A stretch of 64,000 nt of DNA from positions 1-64,000 of IMG/VR virus record IMGVR_UViG_3300025711_000007; one strand, given 5' to 3'. The DNA comes from a virus. The notes beneath the pieces are model-generated. The model was not told where the DNA came from. It made no database searches and saw only the letters and a program-made list of their open reading frames with translations. The translations under genes were made by a program, and so were the position numbers. Shown one piece after another: positions 1 to 8,369 of the stretch (position 1 is its first letter; every line of letters begins with the position of its first letter).

Positions 1-462
1 GTCCCTCCCACCGCCCCCTCGCGCACCCGGCCCGGCTCCGGGGGCAAGCGGCCTCACCCTCGCCAGGGGGCCCGGACGCACCGCGCCCCGCCCGCGCGCG
101 GCGCTCCGGGGGCTGCCGGCCCGGCCGCGCTCGCCGCGGGCCCCCGGGCGGGCGTGGACCGGGCTCGGATACGTTCCGGGGGTGCCGTGGGGCGAGATAG
201 GCGGTCCCGACGAGCGCGGCCGTCCGCGCGCGAAGGGTATTTTCTGTAGAGCTCTCGGCTGGTCGCCGGAGGGGTATCTTCTGCGAGCTCGGTCGGCTCG
301 CGGCCCGCCCTCGAGCCCGCCTCCGGGAGGTCGTGGGGGACCTCGTCGATTTTTTTTTGTCGCTCGCTCCCGCGCGGCGACCCCTCCAAACCACCCCAGC
401 CAGCTCGGGGCGCGGCCCGGTCGCGGCGGTGCGAGGGCCGTAGAGTATACCCCCAGGTTCTT

Positions 463-499
463 GTTGACGATGTCACCAGCGAGCGGTACGCTCCGGGTC
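463..499 (+). promoter_or_regulatory. sigma70-type leaderless promoter with palindromic operator
   Basis: TTGACG(464-469)-17 nt-TACGCT(487-492)-7 nt-ATG(500); GTTGAC-GAT-GTCACC overlaps the -35. Confidence 0.85.
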
Positions 500-988
500 A
501 TGACCACAGACGCAGACCCGACCCGCCGGCGGCTCGCTGAGATCCGCCGGGCCCGCCGCGAGGTCGACCACCCGGCCAGCAGCGTCGCCCTGGACGACCT
601 CGAGTTCCTCCTCAGCCTCGCGATGGACGACTACGACATGTCCGCGGACGGCGTCGCGGCGAACGTCCGCCTGCTGGTCGAGGGCGAGCCGGCCGACCAC
701 GGACACCTCCTCCCGGGACCGTCGGCGGCGCTGCGCGCGGGGCGGACCCGCCCCGCCCCGGTCGGCCCGGCCGCGCTGGTCGACGCCTACGAGTGCGCGG
801 CGTGCCGGCTGCGCGCGGAGTCGGGGCGGGAGCCCGGGGAGACGGGCGACGAGGCGCGCGCCGCGCAGCCCGACTGCCTGGACTGCGGGACCCCGATGGT
901 CTGGGTCGGGTGCGCGGTCCGGCGGGTCGACCCGGACAAGGTCGCCGTCGCGCCGGTCCCGGCGGCTCCGGGTGGGACCGGCCGGTGA
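500..988 (+). CDS. hypothetical early protein with C-terminal Zn ribbon
   Basis: MTTDADPTRRR...; CAAC...CLDC; start set by the leaderless promoter. Confidence 0.75.
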   Translation: MTTDADPTRRRLAEIRRARREVDHPASSVALDDLEFLLSLAMDDYDMSADGVAANVRLLVEGEPADHGHLLPGPSAALRAGRTRPAPVGPAALVDAYECAACRLRAESGREPGETGDEARAAQPDCLDCGTPMVWVGCAVRRVDPDKVAVAPVPAAPGGTGR

Positions 989-1043
989 GGCGCCCCGCGC
1001 GCGCGACCCGCGGCCGGAGGGGCCGGCGCCGGTCCGGTTAACT

Positions 1044-1080
1044 GTTGACGACGTCACCAGCAAGGGGTACGCTCCGGGTC
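1044..1080 (+). promoter_or_regulatory. sigma70-type leaderless promoter with operator
   Basis: TTGACG(1045-1050)-17-TACGCT(1068-1073)-7-ATG(1081); near-copy of the 463 promoter. Confidence 0.85.
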
Positions 1081-1293
1081 ATGACGAACAACATCTACCC
1101 GAACCAGGTCAACGGGCCGCTGCCGGTGCGCGCCCAGTACGGAGGTTGGTCGACGTCCGTCGGGCTGCACGACCAGCGGACGTCGATGACCGAAGCCGAA
1201 GCGTTCAAGCTGCTCGGCGAGGCCATCGAGCACCACGAGATGATGGGCAAAGCGATCGAGACGCTGCGCGGGGCGCTCGGAGTGAAGCGGTGA
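1081..1293 (+). CDS. small hypothetical early protein
   Basis: MTNNIYPNQV...; GC3-rich codons; directly at promoter. Confidence 0.75.
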   Translation: MTNNIYPNQVNGPLPVRAQYGGWSTSVGLHDQRTSMTEAEAFKLLGEAIEHHEMMGKAIETLRGALGVKR

Positions 1294-1295
1294 CT

Positions 1296-1940
1296 ATGAG
1301 CAAGAGCGAGCGAGACAGGATCACGGACGAGCGGCTGGCGGAGCTGGTCGCCGCCGGGGCCGCGGCGGCCGACGGCAACGTGTTCACCGTCGCCGACGTG
1401 ACCACGCGGGACCTCGGCGAGATGGCCGGCGAGGTCCTCGCGGCCCGCAGGTGGAGGCCGCCGGCGCGCCCCGACCACCAGACCCCGGAGCACGCCGGGC
1501 ACGACGGCGGCTGGCGCAGCGGGCCGCTGCGCGCGACCGTCCAGATCAGCAGCCGCAGCCTCCGCGTCCGCCTGGGCGGGGACCCCGCCGAGAGCCAGTC
1601 GGGGACCGCCGGCCACTTCACGCTGTGCATGTACTGGCGAGCCAGGGGCGGCCCGGACGGCGACCAGGTCCTGTGGGTGGACTTCGAGCTGTTCGAGGTC
1701 GTCCGGCCCGGGACCTACCGCAGCCGCGACCGGAGCCGCGGCGAGACGACCCGGCTGGGCGAGGCGGAGCTCGCCGCGAGCGGGTTCGTGAAGTGGGACG
1801 GCTGCACGCAGTTCGAGCTCGGCCCGGTCCACGTCGACGGCGCCGCCGAGCTCGACCGGCTGCTCTGGGCGGTCGCGGAGGCCCGGAGGCGCTGCGCGCT
1901 CGCCATGCCGGGCACGGACGCCGCGGCGGAGTACGAGTAG
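1296..1940 (+). CDS. hypothetical protein
   Basis: MSKSERDRITDERLAEL...; coupled to the previous stop; alternative GTG at 1290. Confidence 0.7.
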   Translation: MSKSERDRITDERLAELVAAGAAAADGNVFTVADVTTRDLGEMAGEVLAARRWRPPARPDHQTPEHAGHDGGWRSGPLRATVQISSRSLRVRLGGDPAESQSGTAGHFTLCMYWRARGGPDGDQVLWVDFELFEVVRPGTYRSRDRSRGETTRLGEAELAASGFVKWDGCTQFELGPVHVDGAAELDRLLWAVAEARRRCALAMPGTDAAAEYE

Positions 1941-2108
1941 GTGGCGTGGGACGGCGCTCACCGCGGCAAGACCCACTACGCGGTGAAGGCGGCCGGCGCG
2001 CACGTCGCGGTAGCCGCATGCGGGCGGCGCCTGGTGAGCAAGAAGACCGACAAGCGCGACGGCGTCAACTGCTTCGCGTGCCTGAAGAAGATAGGAGTCC
2101 TGAAATGA
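1941..2108 (+). CDS. small H-C-CxxC zinc-finger protein (not in ORF track)
   Basis: hand translation MAWDGAHRGKTHYAVKAAGAHVAVAACGRRLVSKKTDKRDGVNCFACLKKIGVLK; ATGA overlap with next gene. Confidence 0.7.
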   Translation: MAWDGAHRGKTHYAVKAAGAHVAVAACGRRLVSKKTDKRDGVNCFACLKKIGVLK

Positions 2109-2353
2109 CGAAGACGAAGGAAGCTGCGACCGAGTTCCTGCGCAGCGTCGCCGACGACGTGCAGCACCAGAGGTACGGCGGGCTGTCGCTGTTCGATCGG
2201 GCTCGCTGCGAGCTCGACCCGAGCCAGCGCGGCGCCGCCTGGAGCCTGGTGGTCCGGGCGACGAAGGCGGCGAGGACGTCGACCGGGATGGCGGAGTTCG
2301 AGGTCCTGCTCGAGGCTGCGCAGCTGATCGAGGACGGGGAGGTTGCGCCGTGA
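2105..2353 (+). CDS. hypothetical protein
   Basis: MTKTKEAATEFL...; AGGAG RBS; overlaps both neighbours by 4 nt. Confidence 0.7.
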   Translation: MTKTKEAATEFLRSVADDVQHQRYGGLSLFDRARCELDPSQRGAAWSLVVRATKAARTSTGMAEFEVLLEAAQLIEDGEVAP

Positions 2354-2946
2354 GCGACGAGCTCGCCGCCGCGGTGGCGCAGAAGGACGCAGCCTACAGG
2401 GAGCGGGACTGCTGCGTGGCGGCGATCGCGGCGATGGCCCAGCAGCTCGGGTGGCCGTGCGGGCTCGGCCGCCACGAGGAGGGCGACCCCGGGTGGGACC
2501 CCGAGTGGATGAACGTCGTCTTCGTCGAGTTCCCGACGGGCCAGTGCTCATGGCACGTCCACGACAGCGAGCTCGGCTGGTTCTCGTTCCTGCCCCGGTA
2601 CGAGCGCCCGTGGGACGGCCACACCTCGGCGACGAAGTACGCGCGCATCGGAGCGTGGGCGCAGGGAGAGCGCAAGCCGGTCGAGCAACCCGAGGCCGAG
2701 CGCGTCCTCGTCGAGCTGAGGACGGACCTCGGCGGAGACCTGCGCGCGGTGCGCGCGACGATGAGCCGCGTGCCGTGCGCGGGCGAGGTGGTCCGGATCC
2801 TCTGGATGGTCAACGGCTGCTGCGAGGCGTTCCGGTTCCTGGTCCGCGGCGTCGATCACGTCGCGGACACCGACGCGTACCCGAGGCGCCACGGCGCGCT
2901 CGACGCGTGGGTGGAGTGCGAGTCGCTCACCAGCGGCCCCTATTAG
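2350..2946 (+). CDS. WDGH-domain phage protein
   Basis: AYRER...FPTGQCSWH...PWDGHTSATKYARI signature. Confidence 0.75.
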   Translation: MSDELAAAVAQKDAAYRERDCCVAAIAAMAQQLGWPCGLGRHEEGDPGWDPEWMNVVFVEFPTGQCSWHVHDSELGWFSFLPRYERPWDGHTSATKYARIGAWAQGERKPVEQPEAERVLVELRTDLGGDLRAVRATMSRVPCAGEVVRILWMVNGCCEAFRFLVRGVDHVADTDAYPRRHGALDAWVECESLTSGPY

Positions 2947-2947
2947 C

Positions 2948-2983
2948 GTTGACACCGTCACCAGAGCGGCGTACGCTCCGCGG
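2948..2983 (+). promoter_or_regulatory. sigma70-type leaderless promoter with operator
   Basis: TTGACA(2949-2954)-17-TACGCT(2972-2977)-6-ATG(2984); GTTGAC-ACC-GTCACC. Confidence 0.85.
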
Positions 2984-3544
2984 ATGGTGATCGGCATCGG
3001 TGAGATCGAGTACGATCGCTGGCTCGCGGCGGACGAGGCGTCCCAGGTCGAGGCGCTGGCGGCGTCGTACTGCGTGCCGCGTCCGGACGGGAGCGGGTTC
3101 TACCTCGACTTCGGGTACGATAACTTCGAGGCGATGGAAGGAGCGAGGGTTTGCGCCGCGGGGCTGTCACCCGATCCGGCTCGGCTCCGAGGGCGGACGC
3201 GGTACATGGCAGGGTGGCTCGCGGGTCAGATCTACGATCACCACGCGGCGAGCCCGAGTGCTGGACCCGAACCCAAACGCGCTCGCGGGCCGCGCCGGCA
3301 GCCGGATAAGCGCGCCCGCTTCGTCGACCTGTGGGAGTCGTCCGAGTCGCTGGGCGGCGTCGCAGCGGCGCTCGGCCTCAAGACTGCCACGGTGCGGGCG
3401 TACGCGAGCCGATTCAGGGCCGCCGGGGTCCGCCTGAAGAAGTTCAAGACCGGGCCTCGGCGCGGGCAGCGTATGGACGATCTGGACGCCGAGGCGGTCG
3501 CGGAGCTCAACCGCAGGATCGCCAGGACGAGGAGGCGCCGCTAG
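2984..3544 (+). CDS. protein with C-terminal HTH-like DNA-binding domain
   Basis: FVDLWESSESLGGVAAALGLKTATVRAYASRFRAAGVRLKKF; paralogous to 6759-7103. Confidence 0.75.
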   Translation: MVIGIGEIEYDRWLAADEASQVEALAASYCVPRPDGSGFYLDFGYDNFEAMEGARVCAAGLSPDPARLRGRTRYMAGWLAGQIYDHHAASPSAGPEPKRARGPRRQPDKRARFVDLWESSESLGGVAAALGLKTATVRAYASRFRAAGVRLKKFKTGPRRGQRMDDLDAEAVAELNRRIARTRRRR

Positions 3545-4050
3545 CGGCGCTCATCTCGCGGCTCGACCAGGACGACGCCGGCGAGCTGTTCTTTCTCCTC
3601 ACGCTCGCGCGCCTCCATCTCCATGGCGATCGCCTCGAACCGGGACTTCGGCTCTGGGACTGACGGCTCGACCTTGACGAAAGGTATGTACTGGTACGGG
3701 ATCTCGATAGGGCTGCGTCGGCTGTAGACGACTTTCAGCTGACTCTGGACCATGCGAGGGAGGTCGAGGTAGCTGAGGTCGACGAGCGGGGCGTCGTAAG
3801 GGCGGACGATGATGCGCGGGTCGAGGTCGACCACCAGCAGCATCTCGATAACTCCAGTGCCGATCAATCTAGCGCTGACCGCCGCGTGCGTCACGACGAC
3901 GTCGGGCGTACTCATTCCCCATCCTGACATCTGTGGATAGAACAGCGTCGGCTTGAAGAATTCGAGCGGTTGTGGTCCTCGCACGCGCCCGCGAAGTGGG
4001 GCGTCTCCCGGGTGTTCGGTGTGGAGCGTCAGGTAGAACATCGAGGACAT
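3541..4050 (-). CDS. hypothetical protein
   Basis: MSSMFYLTLHTEH...; TGATG coupling to upstream minus-strand gene. Confidence 0.65.
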   Translation of the reverse strand: MSSMFYLTLHTEHPGDAPLRGRVRGPQPLEFFKPTLFYPQMSGWGMSTPDVVVTHAAVSARLIGTGVIEMLLVVDLDPRIIVRPYDAPLVDLSYLDLPRMVQSQLKVVYSRRSPIEIPYQYIPFVKVEPSVPEPKSRFEAIAMEMEAREREEKEQLAGVVLVEPRDERR

Positions 4051-4268
4051 CAGTTGTTGACCTTGCGGTGTGCCTCGACCGCGCCCACGGCGAAGCCCAT
4101 GGCCTCTCCTCTGCACCACGCCTCCCACTCCTTGACCCGAGCGTCCCGGCGCGCGTGGAAGTCCTCGACGCGCCACTCCTCCGGGTACCCCGCGTGAGTG
4201 AGCATGTGCAGGCGCAGCGCGAACGCCGCGGAGTAGATCCCGCGCTCGATTTCGGATTCCAGCTTCAT
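4050..4268 (-). CDS. hypothetical protein
   Basis: MKLESEIERG...; leaderless promoter GTGACG-18-TACGGT-7-ATG. Confidence 0.7.
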   Translation of the reverse strand: MKLESEIERGIYSAAFALRLHMLTHAGYPEEWRVEDFHARRDARVKEWEAWCRGEAMGFAVGAVEAHRKVNN

Positions 4269-4306
4269 GCCGGTCACCGTAGCACGTGTCAGGTGACAAC
4301 GTCACC
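4269..4306 (-). promoter_or_regulatory. leaderless promoter with perfect operator GGTGAC-N3-GTCACC
   Basis: palindrome 4292-4306; -10 TACGGT at 4281-4276. Confidence 0.75.
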
Positions 4307-4315
4307 ACCAAACGC

Positions 4316-4582
4316 TTGACGCTCGCCTGGCCGCGGTGCGACGCTGGCGGCGTGAGGAAGAATCCGCCGCACGACATCCACCACTGGAGCCCGGTACCCA
4401 TGCAAGCCGGAATCTACGCTTGCGCGGACCCCGAGTGCCGGATCCGCGGCCGGCGGTGCCGAGACGGCGTAGTCCGCGCCTACAAGGACCGGCGGCGGCA
4501 CGATCCGGACCCGACGGTGATGGACGGCGCCAGCCTGGCCCGCATTGAGCGGGCGTCGCGTCGCGAGCGCGACGACGAGTAG
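4316..4582 (+). CDS. possible Cys/His-containing hypothetical protein
   Basis: ORF fills the gap; start uncertain. Confidence 0.4.
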   Translation: MTLAWPRCDAGGVRKNPPHDIHHWSPVPMQAGIYACADPECRIRGRRCRDGVVRAYKDRRRHDPDPTVMDGASLARIERASRRERDDE

Positions 4583-4652
4583 CGGCGGGTGCCGGTCGTT
4601 GCCGCGGATCCGGTTTGACGGCGCTCGGTCGCCGCGGATACGTTCCGAAGTC

Positions 4653-4832
4653 ATGGGCACGGTGACGTCGCTGAGCATCCGCCGCGATCGGATTCGGATG
4701 GAACGCGTCGCCGCCGAGCTGCGGAGCGGCGACCCGGTCTACGGAGACTGGTGGGCGCTGCTCTACCTGCTCGCGCACGTCCGAGACGCGGCTCGCCGAG
4801 TATCGGGAGACCCGGGCCGCGCGGCGACCTAG
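4653..4832 (+). CDS. small hypothetical protein
   Basis: MGTVTSLSIRR...; promoter TTGACG(4615-4620)-18-TACGTT-8-ATG. Confidence 0.65.
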   Translation: MGTVTSLSIRRDRIRMERVAAELRSGDPVYGDWWALLYLLAHVRDAARRVSGDPGRAAT

Positions 4833-4993
4833 TTCGTGTGCGTGCAGGTCTTGCTCTGCGTGCAGCACATCCCGGTCGGTGCCGCCGTGCTGCACATGCC
4901 GCCACCGACCACGTCACCCATGTCGGTCGAGCTCAGGACCTTCACCGTCTCGCTGTTCAACTTGGTCTTCGAGTTACGCTTGTTCTTGTTCAC
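4829..4993 (-). CDS. double-glycine leader RiPP (lanthipeptide-like) precursor, 54 aa (not in ORF track)
   Basis: GTG start with GGAG RBS 6 nt upstream; MNKNKRNSKTKLNSETVKVLSSTDMGDVVGG-GMCSTAAPTGMCCTQSKTCTHTN. Confidence 0.75.
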   Translation of the reverse strand: MNKNKRNSKTKLNSETVKVLSSTDMGDVVGGGMCSTAAPTGMCCTQSKTCTHTN

Positions 4994-5118
4994 TTGGTGC
5001 TCCGTTCGTTAGCCGTCTTGATTGCCGGCTTGGTGAAGCTACTCGAGCAGTGCATGGTCGTCACCGACAATCGATCGCCTGCGCGGTGAGCGCGTCCTAC
5101 CTGCGCGGACTGCGATTG

Positions 5119-5179
5119 GGTGACATCGTCACCACGAATAGTTGACGACCGTCGGGTGGCGCAGGTACACTGCGCGCTG
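5119..5179. promoter_or_regulatory. operator palindrome plus leaderless promoter in divergent intergenic region
   Basis: GGTGAC-ATC-GTCACC 5119-5133; TTGACG(5142-5147)-18-TACACT(5166-5171)-8-ATG. Confidence 0.75.
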
Positions 5180-5494
5180 ATGACGAACACCAGTTTGGCT
5201 AAGTTATTGATGTACACGTTGGGTCCTGGGATTATCATGGTGGTGAGCGTCGCCGTCGCTGCCATGGTCAGTTGCAAGGCGCGGGACGCGCGGCTGTGGA
5301 TCGGCATGGACAGGTCAGCGGTCAGCTGCTCGTACGACGGGCCTCGGCGCGACCAGATGACGTGCGTCGGAGGCGGTGTTGTGTACAGGTGCGTGACCGA
5401 GGAGGGGTCCACGTGGCGCTGCGCGGCGCTCGTGCTCGGCGCGGGTCGGCCCGACGGGCCCTTAGAGAGTCCAGACGGGGTGGGTCCGAAGTGA
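5180..5494 (+). CDS. putative Cys-rich membrane lipoprotein
   Basis: hydrophobic N-terminus ending AMVSC (lipobox-like), four more Cys. Confidence 0.65.
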   Translation: MTNTSLAKLLMYTLGPGIIMVVSVAVAAMVSCKARDARLWIGMDRSAVSCSYDGPRRDQMTCVGGGVVYRCVTEEGSTWRCAALVLGAGRPDGPLESPDGVGPK

Positions 5495-5790
5495 GCGCCT
5501 CGACCGCCGCGGGCATCTCGTACGATGACCAGCTCACCAGGTGGGCCGCCGGGGAGTCGATCCATAGCGACAGCGGGTGCTGCCCGGACTTCAGCTGCTG
5601 CTGCCCCGAGCTGAGCGCGCCCATCGAGGTACGCCGCGCGTTCGTCGCCGGCAACGAAGAGAACCGGATGGGTCTGCTCGGGGTGTTCCTGCATGAAGCG
5701 ATGGTGCGCGCGAACTCCGAGCGGGTTGATCGCGGCGACGACCCCGTGCGCATCATCGCGCTCGGGCCTCGCGAAGACGAGCCGTCGTGA
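5491..5790 (+). CDS. CCPDFSCC-motif phage protein
   Basis: QLTRWAAGESIH...GCCPDFSCCCPEL; GTGA overlap. Confidence 0.7.
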   Translation: MSASTAAGISYDDQLTRWAAGESIHSDSGCCPDFSCCCPELSAPIEVRRAFVAGNEENRMGLLGVFLHEAMVRANSERVDRGDDPVRIIALGPREDEPS

Positions 5791-5975
5791 AGCGCGACCA
5801 CCGCGGGGCGAACAACCCGAACTCCGTGCTGACGCCGCTCCTGGTGAGCGAGGCGCGTCGGCTTCACGCGGCGGGGTTCGGGTACGGGTTCGTCGCGCGG
5901 TGGCTCGGGGTCACCAAGAGCTGCGTCCAGGCGCTGGTCACCGAGCGCACGTGGCGGCGGCGCGGCCGGAAGTGA
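5787..5975 (+). CDS. stand-alone HTH resembling the C-terminal DNA-binding module of HNH homing endonucleases
   Basis: RGANNPNSVLT...VARWLGVTKSCVQALVTERTW. Confidence 0.65.
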   Translation: MKRDHRGANNPNSVLTPLLVSEARRLHAAGFGYGFVARWLGVTKSCVQALVTERTWRRRGRK

Positions 5976-6027
5976 GGCGGGTCGTCTTCTTCCTGAGCTG
6001 GGTTCCTTGTCATGCTAGACTGCCAGC

Positions 6028-6483
6028 ATGACAACATTCCAAGAATGCGTGACCGGGGTGGCTCCCGCCCTGGACGTCCACGTGGTCGACCTGTCCGCGA
6101 AGGTCATCCCCCACATGTCAGCCGCGGCGGTGAACGCGCTGCGGTCTGGCCGGTCCCAGCCCGGTTGGGCGAACGACGTGGTTGTGGTTGCCAGGATGTG
6201 GGACCACGTGCCGAGCGACGCTGACATCCGGCAGCTCGGCACCGACATCTCCGCCATGGTGGACCACGTGGCAGTCGACGGCCTCCTGTCACCCCCGATG
6301 CTGATACCGCTGCCGCAGGAATGCGACCACCACCACCACCTGGCAGTCGTGTTCACGCGGGTGTCAGGAGCCGGGGCGGCAGGCGTCATGGCGACCCTGC
6401 GCGAGACGCTGCCGCTGTTCTGCGGGCTCCACGTTATGGACTCGGGCGAGCTGCCTCCGGTCCACCACGTCAGTTCGTCTTGA
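6028..6483 (+). CDS. hypothetical protein
   Basis: extended -10 TGcTAGACT 6 nt before ATG. Confidence 0.6.
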   Translation: MTTFQECVTGVAPALDVHVVDLSAKVIPHMSAAAVNALRSGRSQPGWANDVVVVARMWDHVPSDADIRQLGTDISAMVDHVAVDGLLSPPMLIPLPQECDHHHHLAVVFTRVSGAGAAGVMATLRETLPLFCGLHVMDSGELPPVHHVSSS

Positions 6484-6766
6484 CGCCGCCGCCGGCGGCG
6501 AAGAAGACCTTGATCCTCATGTCCGCGCCGAGCTCGACTCGGTCCAACACGAGGCCGTCCGGGAGGACGTACTTCCCGGCGCGGACGGCCTCGTCGAGCT
6601 CGCTGCGCAGCACGCCCTCGGCTTCCGCTACCAGGGTCGGGGTCATGGTCCGACCGACGAAGCTACCGAGGGCGCGGTGGCAGACGTCGTCCAGCGCGCG
6701 CTGACGGTCGTCCGCGTCGACCAGCGCGCGCTGTAAGAGATCGGGCGGACGCGGCGCGTCAGCCAC
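6470..6766 (-). CDS. hypothetical protein
   Basis: GC3-rich ORF overlapping upstream gene. Confidence 0.65.
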   Translation of the reverse strand: MADAPRPPDLLQRALVDADDRQRALDDVCHRALGSFVGRTMTPTLVAEAEGVLRSELDEAVRAGKYVLPDGLVLDRVELGADMRIKVFFAAGGGVKTN

Positions 6767-7103
6767 CCTTCGCGATCTTGTTGAGGGCCTTCACGTCGAC
6801 CGGCTGCGCGCTCCGCCGCGCGAACCGCTTCAGCTCGACGCCTTGCTTGCGGAGGCGGCTGGCGATCGCGGTCGCCGACACCGCCTTGATGTCGAGCGCC
6901 TCGGCAACCTCGGTCACCGAGTCGGACGATGTCCACGTCCGGGTGAACTCCTCGTAGTCGATCGCGGCCCGCCGCTTCTTGGTCTGACCGTCGGTGTCGC
7001 CGTCAACCAACGCATCGTCGTCGCCGCTGGAAACCTCGTTGTTGTCCCGGTCGACGGTTGCTACCTTCTTGCTCATCTTCTTCGATTTCGTCTTCTTCTT
7101 CAT
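6759..7103 (-). CDS. HTH-like DNA-binding protein
   Basis: GAGGG RBS; FTRTWTSSDSVTEVAEALDIKAVSATAIASRLRKQGVELKRF. Confidence 0.75.
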   Translation of the reverse strand: MKKKTKSKKMSKKVATVDRDNNEVSSGDDDALVDGDTDGQTKKRRAAIDYEEFTRTWTSSDSVTEVAEALDIKAVSATAIASRLRKQGVELKRFARRSAQPVDVKALNKIAKGG

Positions 7104-7198
7104 TCGGCCCTCTTGTTGCTGAAAGAATTCGTTTACATTAGTACCTGAATCGTGCCTACGAGTCCAGCGTGCAGAAAGATCAAAACGAGGTGAAGAAC

Positions 7199-8080
7199 AT
7201 GGCCCACGTCCCGCCCGTCCACAGTACCGACAACGGAACACCGTATCTGAAAGACCCAGGCGTAGCGCTCGTCGCGATGCCTCAGTTCTTCCCGATGGAA
7301 GTTACACAATTCGTCAATAGTTTCGACGACGTGTTCGACGCCGCCGACTATGAGAATGACTGGTACGAGAACTTGGCCGATCTCAACCTCAAGCTTGACG
7401 ACGGCGCGGCGCTGTGCAAGTTCGCCGGTCAGACCTGCTACCTCAGCTTCGGCGAGAAGCGCACGCGCAACGACCCGGATAGCGCGAAGAGGTACTTCGA
7501 CAACATCAAGTCGAGCGGTCACGGGAGCGTCTTGGAGCACGCATACTACTCGATGGTCGTGTGGGGGGTCGACCGCGCGTTCTCGCACGAGATGGTCCGC
7601 CACCGCGCCGGGTGGGCGTACTCGCAGCTCAGCCAGCGTTACGTCGACGGTAAGACGCTCCGATTCGTTGAACGCCCCGAGTACCAGGACGACGCCGCGC
7701 TGCACGCGTCGTTCGAGCGCTGGATCGACGTCGCGAAGGAGGAGTACGACGCCCGAGCACGGCTCCTGTCGCAGAAGATGACCGACCAGCTCAAGAAGAT
7801 GCCGGCGACCGAGCGTCGCAAAGCCGTCAACCAGGCGGCGCGGAACTGTCTCCCGAACGAGACCGAGACCGCTGTCGTGCTCACCGGCAACGCCCGCGCG
7901 TGGAGACATTTCTTAGAGATGCGCGGCAGCATGCACGCAGATTTACCGATCGCGAAAGTCGCGATGCATGCGTACGAGATTTTGAAAACGGCGTCACCGA
8001 TATTGTTCGACGACTATAAGCGCGAAAAGAACGATGACGGAACCAGAGAGTATCTGAGTACGCCGTACAAGAAGGTGTGA
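7199..8080 (+). CDS. thyX: FAD-dependent thymidylate synthase
   Basis: GHGSVLEH, RHRAGWAYSQLSQRY (RHRx7SxR), ARNCLPN, GNARAWRHFLEMR. Confidence 0.96.
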   Translation: MAHVPPVHSTDNGTPYLKDPGVALVAMPQFFPMEVTQFVNSFDDVFDAADYENDWYENLADLNLKLDDGAALCKFAGQTCYLSFGEKRTRNDPDSAKRYFDNIKSSGHGSVLEHAYYSMVVWGVDRAFSHEMVRHRAGWAYSQLSQRYVDGKTLRFVERPEYQDDAALHASFERWIDVAKEEYDARARLLSQKMTDQLKKMPATERRKAVNQAARNCLPNETETAVVLTGNARAWRHFLEMRGSMHADLPIAKVAMHAYEILKTASPILFDDYKREKNDDGTREYLSTPYKKV

Positions 8081-8129
8081 CCTTGCCTTACTGTACGCGA
8101 GCATGCTAAGTCGAGCTTGAGAGGCGAAG

Positions 8130-8363
8130 ATGTCGAAGCATGAGACGACGCGAAACGTATGCCCCAACTGTCAGGAGATGAGTGTCCGAGTCACTCGGTG
8201 TGAGAACTCGCCGTGCGAGTTCTCGGTCGCGTCGTGCGCGACGTGTGACCGCGAGCAAGCCGTCAGGCAGTTCGTAGCTGACCATCAGAAGGACTGCGCT
8301 CACGGACCGGCCGCGATCCCGGAGATCCGCTCAACGTTCGTCGCCCCGCGCAGGGCGGCCTGA
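8130..8363 (+). CDS. small Cys-rich zinc-binding protein
   Basis: CPNC, CATC, HQKDC; GAGG RBS. Confidence 0.65.
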   Translation: MSKHETTRNVCPNCQEMSVRVTRCENSPCEFSVASCATCDREQAVRQFVADHQKDCAHGPAAIPEIRSTFVAPRRAA

Positions 8364-8369
8364 ACTAGG

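Noticed and set aside
182-499. Upstream extension of the first ORF from GTG 182
   Set aside because: Low-complexity translation; the promoter geometry places the start at ATG 500
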